From a virus: 64,000 nt of DNA. The notes below the pieces were generated by a model that worked only from the letters and a program-made list of their open reading frames with translations, was not told the DNA's origin and did not search any database. The stretch lies in IMG/VR virus record IMGVR_UViG_3300027733_000032. One strand, written 5' to 3'. This document shows positions 1 through 13,119 of the stretch, piece by piece. The stretch's first letter is position 1. Each line of letters opens with the position of its first letter. The translations under genes were made by a program, and so were the position numbers.

Positions 1-873
1 AATTTCTGATGCTTCCTTAACTGCTTCATCTGCCGAGCAGAAATCTGATGAGAAAACATATCCATTTCCACGACGTTTTTGAGTTGGTATTTCCCACATC
101 CAACCATTTTTTAACGCTCTTGCGCGTGTGTACGGTTTAATCTGTCCGGATTCTTCCGACTGTGTTGGGAAAGCGATAGCACTGTCGCAAGGAAGATATT
201 TTCGATATGAAATAAAATCATCTTTAGAAATCTTGCTCAGAATTTCACGATTAAATCCTGTTGCATCAATAAAAAAATCGCCATCAATAAAGTCGTTAGA
301 TGAATCTATTTTTACATGTTGAATAAAACCTGATTCATCTACACCTATATCTGTTACTTCACCATCAATAAAGTGAATTTTTCTTTCTTTGGCAATACTT
401 GTTAAATATGTATTTAATTTGAAAGTATCAAAATGATATTGATTCGTTCCTAAATGCGTTTTTTCTCCAGCATCAATGATTTTATTCTCTACTAAACCAC
501 GCCAAGAAAAAGTACTTGTCAATGGCCAGTCATTCTCTAGAGCGTGGGCATATCCACCCCAGAATGTTCCTGCACTTAAACCAGTTCCACCAACACTATG
601 GAAATAGTCTGGCGTATGATTTGTCCAATTCTCATATCTGATTCCATATTTGTGTGTAATATCAGCATTTTTAATCATGTCATGAACATCTATGCCAATA
701 GAATCTTGAAAATGACGCCAATGTTCCGTTGAACCTTCGCCAACTCCAACAATTCCTTTTGCGCTAGAAAAAACCACTGTTACTTCATAACTTTTAAAAT
801 AATTTTTAATAATTAATGCCGTAACCAAGCCTGCTGTTCCAGCACCAATAATAACTATTTTTTTACGGTTCAT
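1..873 (-). CDS. Flavin-dependent halogenase (tryptophan halogenase family), 3' end outside window
   Basis: Not in ORF track. Manual translation from ATG 873 (overlaps TGA of next ORF): MNRKKIVIIGAGTAGLVTA (GxGxxG FAD motif), VGVGEGST, FIDATGF, GWMWEIPTQKRRGNGYVFSS (WxWxIP halogenase motif); open to base 1. Confidence 0.85.
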   Translation of the reverse strand, partial: MNRKKIVIIGAGTAGLVTALIIKNYFKSYEVTVVFSSAKGIVGVGEGSTEHWRHFQDSIGIDVHDMIKNADITHKYGIRYENWTNHTPDYFHSVGGTGLSAGTFWGGYAHALENDWPLTSTFSWRGLVENKIIDAGEKTHLGTNQYHFDTFKLNTYLTSIAKERKIHFIDGEVTDIGVDESGFIQHVKIDSSNDFIDGDFFIDATGFNREILSKISKDDFISYRKYLPCDSAIAFPTQSEESGQIKPYTRARALKNGWMWEIPTQKRRGNGYVFSSDFCSADEAVKEASEI

Positions 874-1565
874 TTTTTAACCACAAATGTAAAACCTGTT
901 GCTACGGGAATATGAAATAGATATTTATCTTCATCTTCTGCCAAACGTGACAAGTATTGAAAGTATGGGTGCTTGTTTTTCATTGAGTAGAGGGAGCCAA
1001 AATCGTTCACAATGTTGAGAATCATTAAAGAATTTGAAGGCAGTTTGTCCCAAACGTTGTCAATGATTGAAAAATCATGACTAACCATTTCAACATCAAT
1101 AAGTGCTATATCATAATCTTCATCAATATTTCCATTGACAAAATCTTCCATAAGCACTATTTTATCTTCACTAATTTTAATATTTTTATATTTTTCCATG
1201 TAATCAACACTCATTGTATTGACATAGTGTACATTTGGAACAATTTCATTAAGAGTAGACCCAAGAATGTAGTTCATTCCATAAAAAATAACTTTTGATG
1301 GATTTTTAATTCTTACAGCAATTTCTACAATAGAACGTGTCAATATTTCGATATCCATAGCAGAACTGGAAGCATCGCTTATTTGGTCTAGCCAATTCAG
1401 TTGAACTGAATAGCCAATTGTAGAACGACCCCTGTCGACACCAGTTGCTATTTCCGATTGCAAGAACTGTGCATTGTTTGTAACAATGGTCGATTTATCA
1501 ATATCGGAAGACATCGTATGTGAAAGTAAATTTGCCATCTGAAAAACACTGTAATTGTCATTCAT
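870..1565 (-). CDS. Putative class I SAM-methyltransferase-like protein (degenerate)
   Basis: YDIALIDVE...VWDKLPSNSLMILN...FHIPVATGFTFVVK resembles the C-terminal half of O-methyltransferase folds; no clear GxGxG motif. Confidence 0.4.
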   Translation of the reverse strand: MNDNYSVFQMANLLSHTMSSDIDKSTIVTNNAQFLQSEIATGVDRGRSTIGYSVQLNWLDQISDASSSAMDIEILTRSIVEIAVRIKNPSKVIFYGMNYILGSTLNEIVPNVHYVNTMSVDYMEKYKNIKISEDKIVLMEDFVNGNIDEDYDIALIDVEMVSHDFSIIDNVWDKLPSNSLMILNIVNDFGSLYSMKNKHPYFQYLSRLAEDEDKYLFHIPVATGFTFVVKK

Positions 1566-1827
1566 TGTCTAGTCTCCATTTTAGAACATAAAAAAGATAC
1601 CAAAATCGTCTTAAGGACATTTGATATCTACGCAATTCTGCATGCTTTTCTGCTGCAGTAGTAGAATTGGGGTCATAGTTTGCTGCGCCAAAAACATTAC
1701 TACACGATTCCATCAAGTCATCTAAAGTCAGACTTTGAATATCTGCCAAGTCAACACCAATTGTTACAGCGATTGCGACTAGTTGTTCTTGAACATAATT
1801 AAAATCATTTTGTAAGTTATAGCCCAT
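1558..1827 (-). CDS. Hypothetical protein
   Basis: ORF track 1558..1842; start moved to MGYNLQ (1827), which overlaps the upstream small ORF. Confidence 0.6.
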   Translation of the reverse strand: MGYNLQNDFNYVQEQLVAIAVTIGVDLADIQSLTLDDLMESCSNVFGAANYDPNSTTAAEKHAELRRYQMSLRRFWYLFYVLKWRLDNE

Positions 1828-1978
1828 TGTTTTTATCCTCAATTACAAAAACTATAGGTTGGTCAAGCATTGCGCAAGAAACAATGCTTTCGTCGTTTGC
1901 CTTATATCTGCCTGTAGTTAAATCAAAATTTGCATCAGTAATTTGTTCAACGTTTGATTCTTGAGGTTCTGGAGTCAT
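1817..1978 (-). CDS. Small hypothetical protein (53 aa, MTPEPQESNVEQ...)
   Basis: Below the track cutoff; ATGA overlap with the dioxygenase stop; fills the operon gap. Confidence 0.6.
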   Translation of the reverse strand: MTPEPQESNVEQITDANFDLTTGRYKANDESIVSCAMLDQPIVFVIEDKNNGL

Positions 1979-2565
1979 TGAAACCACGTCACTAATGAAT
2001 ATTTGACAGTATTGTCTTTTTCACCTACGGGTTCAGCAATATGCAAATATGGGTAATTTGATGGAAACATGATAACGCTTCCGGCTTTTGGTTGAATATT
2101 CACATTGAAACGAGGGAATACTAAATTCCCACCAGTAAAATTATCGTTTAGGAAAGCAACCAGACTTAGGCTTCGTGCATTGTTCCTGAAATGGTCATGA
2201 TGGGCATGATATTCAGCACCACCACCATACTTCAGCACGCGGTAACCTTCATCCATTTCTAAATCCAACTCAAAAACATGCCTGTAGTCCCAAACGATTG
2301 GGTCAATTTTTTCCCAAATTTTTTGCCATTCAGAAGCAAGCGGCTTAACTCTTTCAATAGCAATTTCATCAGAACCAAGGGGCATTAATTCGCATCCCAT
2401 TGATGTTCTTGTGTTGGAAATTTGACCTTCACCAGTCGCAGATTTTTCCCATCGCACATATCCCCAATCTTGAGAACATTCCTCTTCTAGGAGTTCGATG
2501 AAGTTCCCTGCATCAAAAATATTGTCGTATTGGCAAATACCAACTGCATGTTCTTTGAATTTCAT
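1975..2565 (-). CDS. 2OG-Fe(II) dioxygenase (prolyl-4-hydroxylase-like)
   Basis: RVLKYGGGAEYHAHHD (HxD), SLVAFLNDNFTGGNLVF, PKAGSVIMFPSNYPYLHIAEPV (distal His), KYSLVTW; likely start MKFKEH at 2565. Confidence 0.9.
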   Translation of the reverse strand: MKFKEHAVGICQYDNIFDAGNFIELLEEECSQDWGYVRWEKSATGEGQISNTRTSMGCELMPLGSDEIAIERVKPLASEWQKIWEKIDPIVWDYRHVFELDLEMDEGYRVLKYGGGAEYHAHHDHFRNNARSLSLVAFLNDNFTGGNLVFPRFNVNIQPKAGSVIMFPSNYPYLHIAEPVGEKDNTVKYSLVTWFQ

Positions 2566-2566
2566 G

Positions 2567-2821
2567 TTATTCGGCGATTCTTCCGCGGATTTCTTCAATT
2601 TTTTCTAATGCTTCAAGAGTACGAATAATTTGTTCGCGCCAACCAGAGTATTCTTCAGCAATATCTGTCTCTGGATTAAATGTTGTCATATCAACTAAAT
2701 CTGGGTCTAGGCCAGCGGCAACCATACTTCCGAATAATTGTTCCTTGAAACCAACTTCTCGTGTTTCGATTGCTTGTAATTTGCGTTCTGTTGTTAAAGA
2801 GTCAAAAAAACTCATTGTCAT
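2567..2821 (-). CDS. Hypothetical protein
   Basis: ORF track; tightly packed in operon. Confidence 0.6.
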   Translation of the reverse strand: MTMSFFDSLTTERKLQAIETREVGFKEQLFGSMVAAGLDPDLVDMTTFNPETDIAEEYSGWREQIIRTLEALEKIEEIRGRIAE

Positions 2822-3264
2822 CTCCTTTGTCCGTTGTGTACCATAACTTCATTCTTGCATATTTCTGTGCCATTGCGCTTCGCTATGACAATATATTTTC
2901 CTGATTTAGGAAATCTATGTTTAATGACAACGCGATGTTCTTCAATAATCTCTGGTGTTATGACACCAATGACACGAACAATATAGTCATCATTATCTAT
3001 TTCTACAAGCGTAAACTCAACTTCTTTACATGAATCAAAATCATCAACAAAGACAAAAATAAAAAGTTCATTAGTTCCTATTTTGGAATTGTAGTCTACA
3101 TATTTTTCAATTGGAATGGAAAGCAATGTTACTTGTGAGTCATCAAAATTCATAGTTTCTGTTCTTGGAGAATGCCCATTTTGTATTGGTAATATCCAGG
3201 AACGAGCAAGTTTTTCCGCATCTCCAAACATTGATTCATCTGGGCAAAAAATAACGCGCTCCAT
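2818..3264 (-). CDS. Hypothetical protein (C-terminal beta-rich, possibly Ig-like)
   Basis: ORF track; overlapping start/stop with neighbours. Confidence 0.6.
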   Translation of the reverse strand: MERVIFCPDESMFGDAEKLARSWILPIQNGHSPRTETMNFDDSQVTLLSIPIEKYVDYNSKIGTNELFIFVFVDDFDSCKEVEFTLVEIDNDDYIVRVIGVITPEIIEEHRVVIKHRFPKSGKYIVIAKRNGTEICKNEVMVHNGQRR

Positions 3265-4991
3265 TAGATATCGATTGCTTTTGTGTATGGATAATTACTA
3301 TGGCTCATCTGTGTGTTGGCTGTTCCGACGTTGCGTGCAATGATAATAACACCGCCATCACTTCCAGTCACTCCAGTTCCACCAGCGTTTGCTGTTCCCG
3401 CTGTTCCTGCAGTGCCACCAGCACCACCAGGCCAGTTCGGGTGTGGTGTGGCGGTTGGATTAGATAAAGCATTCGAACCAGTTGCTCCTGCTGCATGGTT
3501 TGCCGCTGGGAATGTGAAGTACCCGGCATTATGGAATGAAGGATGTGGGGTGGCGGTGGAGTTGGAGTTGTAGTGTGGTGCGAATGGCCCAGACGACCAC
3601 GGTGTAGCACTAGCAGGAGTAGTTCCCGCTGGTTGAGTATGATAGCCGGCGTTATGTTGTGTGTTTCCTGCATGATGTCCATGTCCTGCAGTATGGTTTC
3701 CGGCGTGATGTGATGCAGCAGCATGATTGCCGGCGTGATGTCCATGTCCAGAGTTATGATTTCCAGCATGATGAGCAGCCGCGGCGTGATGTGAACCGTG
3801 TCCTGCATTATGGTTTTTGTTTGGGTTTGCAGTGCCATTATGATTACTAAATCCGCGAGGTCCGTTTGCTGGGTGAGGGCCTGAAAGTCCGTGTGCTGCA
3901 GCATGGTGAGCGTTGGGTGTTGCGTTGTGATTTGACCAATAAACGTGTGTATTTGGGTTATGTGCGCTGTGATGGGCGTAGTTTGCTGCGGCGGTGTGTG
4001 ATGCGTTCGGTGTGGCATTGTGGTTTGTGTATGACGTGTGGACATTGGGGTTATGTGCGCCCGTGGCAGCGTTGCTGAATGGGGTGGAACTATATGTCGG
4101 ACCAACGAAAATAGAATCTACGCCATGATTGAAGGTTCCTTGATTATGAGATGCAGCAACCGAAGTTCCTGTGGTATGTCCATATATTGGTGCGCTGCCA
4201 GCAGGATGTGGATGATTTCCTGAAGGATGCCCTCCAGCATTATGGCTCGCAGGGCGCATCGGAGCCGTCGTGCCTGAACTACCAGCAGAACCAGCAGTAG
4301 CAGGGTTCCCTAAAGAGCCTGTAAATCCTCTACTTAAAATTGAGCCAGACCCAGCGACGGTTTTAGCGACAATAACAACTAGTCCACCACCAAGTCCGCC
4401 CGCGCCACCAGTACCTGCAGTGGCCGCATTGCCTGAACCTCCCGAGTTCCCAATACCGCCAGCCTGACCTGCAGTTGCGCCAGGGAAAATGCCCAGAGGA
4501 CCAGCACTGCCAGCGCCACCAGCGCCCGCATTGGTGGCAATCGTTCCAGCACTACCCGCCACTCCAAGTGAACCAGAACCAATTTTCGTTACTGTTCCAG
4601 CCCCAGTAATAAAGAATCCTGTCATTGCATCATCTAAATCATGCAAATCAGTAGAGGTAATTGCACTCGTACTAACTCCCCATGCACTTGTTGGGTTTAA
4701 GGCACTTGGTCGACCAGCAATCGTTCCACTCCCATCAGAAACGTTTGCTGCGGTACCGGTGGGAAATCCTATTGTCCCATTGTTGGTTAAAGTTCCCTGC
4801 ACAAAAACACGGAAACCGTTAGTAAACAGTGTTGCCCCAGAGTTCACCGTCAATGACGAGTAGTACATATCTCTAGTCAGATGCGTGACCGTAGGGCTAG
4901 TGATGGTGACAGCACCATCGACTCCTGTACCAAAAATAGAGTCTCCGCCAGTTTTTTGAACCAATGATTTATTTAGCCGTCTGATTCCCAT
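3264..4991 (-). CDS. Gly-rich putative virion protein with a long His/Asn/Ala-rich repeat insert
   Basis: N-terminus is paralogous to the 4993..5772 product (IFGTGVDGAVT...TRDMYY...GFRVFVQ vs IYGSGADGSVT...TRDLFF...GYRIFVQ); centre has repeats such as HHAGNH and AHNPNxH...NHNATPNA. Confidence 0.7.
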   Translation of the reverse strand: MGIRRLNKSLVQKTGGDSIFGTGVDGAVTITSPTVTHLTRDMYYSSLTVNSGATLFTNGFRVFVQGTLTNNGTIGFPTGTAANVSDGSGTIAGRPSALNPTSAWGVSTSAITSTDLHDLDDAMTGFFITGAGTVTKIGSGSLGVAGSAGTIATNAGAGGAGSAGPLGIFPGATAGQAGGIGNSGGSGNAATAGTGGAGGLGGGLVVIVAKTVAGSGSILSRGFTGSLGNPATAGSAGSSGTTAPMRPASHNAGGHPSGNHPHPAGSAPIYGHTTGTSVAASHNQGTFNHGVDSIFVGPTYSSTPFSNAATGAHNPNVHTSYTNHNATPNASHTAAANYAHHSAHNPNTHVYWSNHNATPNAHHAAAHGLSGPHPANGPRGFSNHNGTANPNKNHNAGHGSHHAAAAHHAGNHNSGHGHHAGNHAAASHHAGNHTAGHGHHAGNTQHNAGYHTQPAGTTPASATPWSSGPFAPHYNSNSTATPHPSFHNAGYFTFPAANHAAGATGSNALSNPTATPHPNWPGGAGGTAGTAGTANAGGTGVTGSDGGVIIIARNVGTANTQMSHSNYPYTKAIDI

Positions 4992-4992
4992 T

Positions 4993-5772
4993 TTACGCTA
5001 CCTGTGAATAAATAGATGTTCCCGCCGTACCACCAGTACCAGCAGTGACATCGGTTGATACACCAGACAGTAAAGTTGCAGCAGATGAAATAATAATAAC
5101 CACCCCACCACCTCCGCCTCCAGCACCAGTAGTTCCAGGCGCTTTGATGGTTGCGGTACCACTAGAAAGGCTGATATATCTTGCAGCGAGAATAACTACT
5201 CCACCGCCTGCCCCAGAAGCACCACCAGCACCACCACGTAGGAATGTTGGCGACGTAGAACTACCAGTAATTGAATATCCGCGAACTGCTTGAAATGGTT
5301 GATAGTAATAATTTGTTCCACCCGTTAGTGCCGTTGGGACTGCAGCGGTCCCAGCACCCACGCCACCCCCACCACCTCCGAGGCTATGTGTAACGCTAGT
5401 GAGTGCGGCTGCGCCTTGCTGAATGGACCCAGCAGTAGTAAAACCTGTTGTGTGACCTATCACAGAATTGTTGCCTAACATCAGAATATTCTGAACGAAA
5501 ATACGATATCCAGCAGGGTTGAGGCGAACGCTGTCCGAAAGTGTGAGATTATAAAAGAATAAATCTCTTGTCGCTGTATAGACGGAAGACGATGGGGCCA
5601 TGCTCAGAATCGTTGTTGTTCCATCTAGGGTTACGGAACCATCTGCACCTGAACCATAAATTTGGTCTGGGGCATCAAGAAAGCCGGTCAAGTTGGCGTT
5701 CGCTTTTGACGTTGTTGATGGTCCAGAGGCGACACTCAGACCACCTCCATTCGTAAAAATGAACTTTCCCAT
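4993..5772 (-). CDS. Gly-rich putative virion/fibre-associated protein
   Basis: GGGGGG...GGGVVILAA / GGGGGGVVIIIS motifs typical of phage glycine-rich fibre domains. Confidence 0.65.
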   Translation of the reverse strand: MGKFIFTNGGGLSVASGPSTTSKANANLTGFLDAPDQIYGSGADGSVTLDGTTTILSMAPSSSVYTATRDLFFYNLTLSDSVRLNPAGYRIFVQNILMLGNNSVIGHTTGFTTAGSIQQGAAALTSVTHSLGGGGGGVGAGTAAVPTALTGGTNYYYQPFQAVRGYSITGSSTSPTFLRGGAGGASGAGGGVVILAARYISLSSGTATIKAPGTTGAGGGGGGVVIIISSAATLLSGVSTDVTAGTGGTAGTSIYSQVA

Positions 5773-5773
5773 T

Positions 5774-6142
5774 TTAGTATCCTTCGTATCCGTTTAAGAT
5801 GTAATTGACTGTTACCGCACTGGCTAGTCCACGTATTTTATCCGAATATGTATCTCCGGCGGTATTATTACTATTTGTTAATACCATTGACGTTGCGATT
5901 GTTACTGTTTCGTTTGCTGCAAGCGATAATGAGTTAATGAAAATGTGCGAACTTGCTACGGCAACGTTTTTAGGTTTCAAATAGAGAGTCACCGTTTGCG
6001 CAGAACCAGATGTGTTGCATAACACAATTTCTTTAATGACCGTAGTTGTTGTTTGTCCGCTCGTATATGGAACGGTGTACATATCTCCCGCAGTTATGGC
6101 AAACGCTGCTGGACCCGTAAGTCTTGTTGGTGTTAGTGCCAT
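5774..6142 (-). CDS. Putative virion structural protein (beta-sandwich)
   Basis: TDMYTVP-like start, VIKEIVLCNTSGSAQTVTL...LAANET pattern; located in the structural operon. Confidence 0.55.
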   Translation of the reverse strand: MALTPTRLTGPAAFAITAGDMYTVPYTSGQTTTTVIKEIVLCNTSGSAQTVTLYLKPKNVAVASSHIFINSLSLAANETVTIATSMVLTNSNNTAGDTYSDKIRGLASAVTVNYILNGYEGY

Positions 6143-6345
6143 TAGATAACCTCCATGCCATATGTTGATTCAGGTCCGCCAAGTGGTGTTGATGATTGCT
6201 TATACTTGGCGTTTGATGCTGAAATTGCTGATGCAGCCTGATTGGCAGCGTCGGTAGTGTCTTGTGCTGTTTCTTCTGCACCAGAAAAATTTGCTGTTGT
6301 TTCGGTTCCAGCAGAACCATCGTATGTGTATTTAACTCGTGGCAT
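6142..6345 (-). CDS. Hypothetical protein
   Basis: ORF track; SD GGAG upstream. Confidence 0.5.
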   Translation of the reverse strand: MPRVKYTYDGSAGTETTANFSGAEETAQDTTDAANQAASAISASNAKYKQSSTPLGGPESTYGMEVI

Positions 6346-6357
6346 TATTGTCTCCTA

Positions 6358-7569
6358 TTAGTTTGTGTATCCGTAAAGTTTCCAAGAACCTGAAATTGTT
6401 GTTGCACTTGCTCCGAGACGAAAGTTAGAGAATTGAATCCCGTTGTAAGAAGTTGAGCCACCATGTATTAAGGTGCCGGTATAGTTGCCAAACGTTGAAG
6501 CGTTATGCGAACTGATGGTGGTATTGTCTGCGATAAATGGTCGACATATCTCCAGAACAACATGACTATCGGCGTTGGCAATTGCACCAACGACTCCGAG
6601 CGTGGTATTCGCACCTACATAGTTATCGGCGGAACCACCATAAGTCAAACCAGTCAGTGCATAGTAATAAGAAGCGCTGGCGGGAGTGCTTCCAGACAGT
6701 AAGTCAACAAGGAATAAGTAAAGACTTGAACTCGCTCCTTGAAGATTAGAAATTACAAGCCTGTAGTTGTCGTAGGTCGCACTAAATACTGATGTCAGGT
6801 TTGCTGTTGTTGCACCAGAGAACGTTCCACTATTCAAAAAGACAAGACCAACGTCGGCAGTTGTTGCGACAGTCCCTGCTTTGTTCGGTAGCGTCAATGT
6901 TCTATCTGCTGTAAGTGTTGTTGGCGTTAAAGTTACTTCATAAGTACTGGTTCCACCTGCACGACCAGCAAGCGCAACACCATCCTGGGTTGCCGCAGTA
7001 CGCACTGTGGCAGTACCGATAACATCTAAAGTTGTTGCTGGGTTAATGGTCCCAATGCCTACACGATTATTACTGGTATCAGTTTTGAAAGTACTTGTAC
7101 CACTAGCAATGGAACCAATAACGGTTAGTGTGCTTAGGTTTCCCACACTAGTAATTGCTGTTTGAGCAGCACCGGTAACAGTTGCTGCCGTGCCTGACGC
7201 ATTTCCTGTTACATTTCCCGTTAATGGACCAGCAAAAGCCGTAGCAGTAACAGTGCCAGAAACATCAAGAGCAGTTGTTGGTGTCGCGGTTCCAACGCCA
7301 ACACGATTGTTAGTTGAATCAACTTTCAAAGTAGTTGTGTCAACGGTTAAGTCACCAGTAACTGCAAGACTTGTCAAAGTGCCAACAGAAGTAATCGTTG
7401 TTGCTGCTGCTGGCAGTCGAGCGTTATCCAAGGTGCCCGAAGTCAATAAACTTGCATTAGTTGCAGAACCTACAGTAGAAGTCCATTTGCCGTCTACGTA
7501 AACCCACGTTTTGTCGCCAACCGTATGGGTATCGTTTGTTGCTGGTGCATTAGGAAAGTCAATAGCCAT
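6358..7569 (-). CDS. Tail fibre-like protein
   Basis: MAIDFP N-terminal module; repeated VDTTTLKVD...RVGxGT fibre-shaft motifs; C-terminal beta domain. Confidence 0.7.
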   Translation of the reverse strand: MAIDFPNAPATNDTHTVGDKTWVYVDGKWTSTVGSATNASLLTSGTLDNARLPAAATTITSVGTLTSLAVTGDLTVDTTTLKVDSTNNRVGVGTATPTTALDVSGTVTATAFAGPLTGNVTGNASGTAATVTGAAQTAITSVGNLSTLTVIGSIASGTSTFKTDTSNNRVGIGTINPATTLDVIGTATVRTAATQDGVALAGRAGGTSTYEVTLTPTTLTADRTLTLPNKAGTVATTADVGLVFLNSGTFSGATTANLTSVFSATYDNYRLVISNLQGASSSLYLFLVDLLSGSTPASASYYYALTGLTYGGSADNYVGANTTLGVVGAIANADSHVVLEICRPFIADNTTISSHNASTFGNYTGTLIHGGSTSYNGIQFSNFRLGASATTISGSWKLYGYTN

Positions 7570-7572
7570 TAT

Positions 7573-7845
7573 TTATTCTCCTTGCTCCATCCATCTACAG
7601 GTATCTTCATCTAAAATCCACTCACCCTCGGCTGGTTTAATTGGAATAAAAGCATCACGGCTTTCATCGTAGGTGTATCCAATACCAGCATAGTTCTTGC
7701 GGAAGTTGCCGTTGTAACTTGTTTGCACCCAGCGACCACCAAGGGTTTCTACAAACCAATCGTAGCCCTCGTTTGGCATATTGTTGTCTCCAACAAGCAC
7801 ACGGACAACAATATTATTTTCATCTAATTCAGCGAAATGACTCAT
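7573..7845 (-). CDS. Small conserved-type phage protein accompanying Gly-rich fibres
   Basis: MSHFAELDENNIVVRVLV...WVQTSYNGNFRKNYAGIGYTYD. Confidence 0.55.
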   Translation of the reverse strand: MSHFAELDENNIVVRVLVGDNNMPNEGYDWFVETLGGRWVQTSYNGNFRKNYAGIGYTYDESRDAFIPIKPAEGEWILDEDTCRWMEQGE

Positions 7846-8665
7846 AGTAGGTACCTCACAATGACTACTCCTGAACCGCCAGCGCCTTGGTATTGTGCGC
7901 CCATACTATTCTGTCCGCCACCTCCACCACCAGTATTTGCTGTTCCAGAAGTAGCGTTAGGATTAGTGGAGTTATTAAAATAACCGCCAGTTCCTCCACC
8001 AGTAGTACCACCCGCGCCAGCAGTACTTGTTATCGGAACAGTACTGTTTCCTGCACCTGCGCCACCCCCACCACCACCAAATGACTTAAACGAGTTCCAA
8101 GTAGACCCGGCACCACCATTAGCCCCATTTTCCGCTGTAGTTGGTGCTGCGCCAACTGCTGATGTTCCACCACCGCCTGAACCACCATATTTATTTAATA
8201 CAGTTGCGCCACCTGCAAAGGTGCTTGAACCACCAGCACCACCACTATTAGGATAGTCGCCCTTATCTCCACCGCCCCCACCTAGGGCTGTTGTGGAACT
8301 AAATGAAGAAGTAATACCTGTATTGCCATTACCGCCATGGTTGGTTGCTGCTCCGCCCCCACCAACAGTTACAACATAAGTTGCTGCAGTAATGTTTGTG
8401 GTAGAAGTTGTAAATCTACCAGCACCTCCTCCACCACCACCTCTTAGATTATCTCCATCATATGGGTCCGAGTCTCCTCCACCGCCTGAACCGCCACCAC
8501 CTACAACAAGAATATCCATACTCTTACTACCAGTAACAACAAAGTTGCCCGAAGCGTTAAAAGTATGATACCGATATCCACCACTATCCGTAGTAGTACC
8601 ACCAGTAGCAGAGAAGGCAGCCTCTCCCTTCATACTTCCAACCAAGCCAGCAAGTACGCCCGTCA

Positions 8666-8666
<1 letters not shown>
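7842..8666 (-). CDS. Glycine-rich domain virion protein
   Basis: ATGGT...YRYHTF..SG.F...ILVVGGGGSGG...ANTGGGGGG...GGSGVVIVRY pattern. Confidence 0.7.
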
Positions 8667-9841
<1,175 letters not shown>

Positions 9842-9844
9842 TAC

Positions 9845-10095
9845 TCAGTCTCCATTTCTTAATGAGCCGATATGCCACGCTTGCGCTTCAGCGACAAGTT
9901 GCTCAGGGGTAAGTCCGAGAGCGTTAGCACCATTATCTAAAGTCAATACACCTGTGACTACGAGCAAAGTTCCAAGTACACCAACTTGGTCCAATGGTTC
10001 CTGAGGTGGTTCAGGGACTTCGATGTCCTCAATAATATTGTTGTTTATTTTTGTAGGGTCGTATCCGCCTAAACCAAAAGTTACGATACGAGCCA

Positions 10096-10096
<1 letters not shown>
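9845..10096 (-). CDS. Hypothetical protein (possible fibre chaperone)
   Basis: Likely start MARIVTFG at 10096 (TAATG overlap with upstream stop). Confidence 0.5.
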
Positions 10097-13089
<2,993 letters not shown>

Positions 13090-13119
13090 TTATGTCCAGC
13101 CCCTCAGGGCATTTATTAC

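Noticed and set aside
3313-4863. Alternative-frame and antisense ORFs over the His-rich gene (3368..4105, 3313, 3659, 3866, 4270, 4489)
   Set aside because: By-products of low-complexity coding sequence; no SD and no independent motifs.
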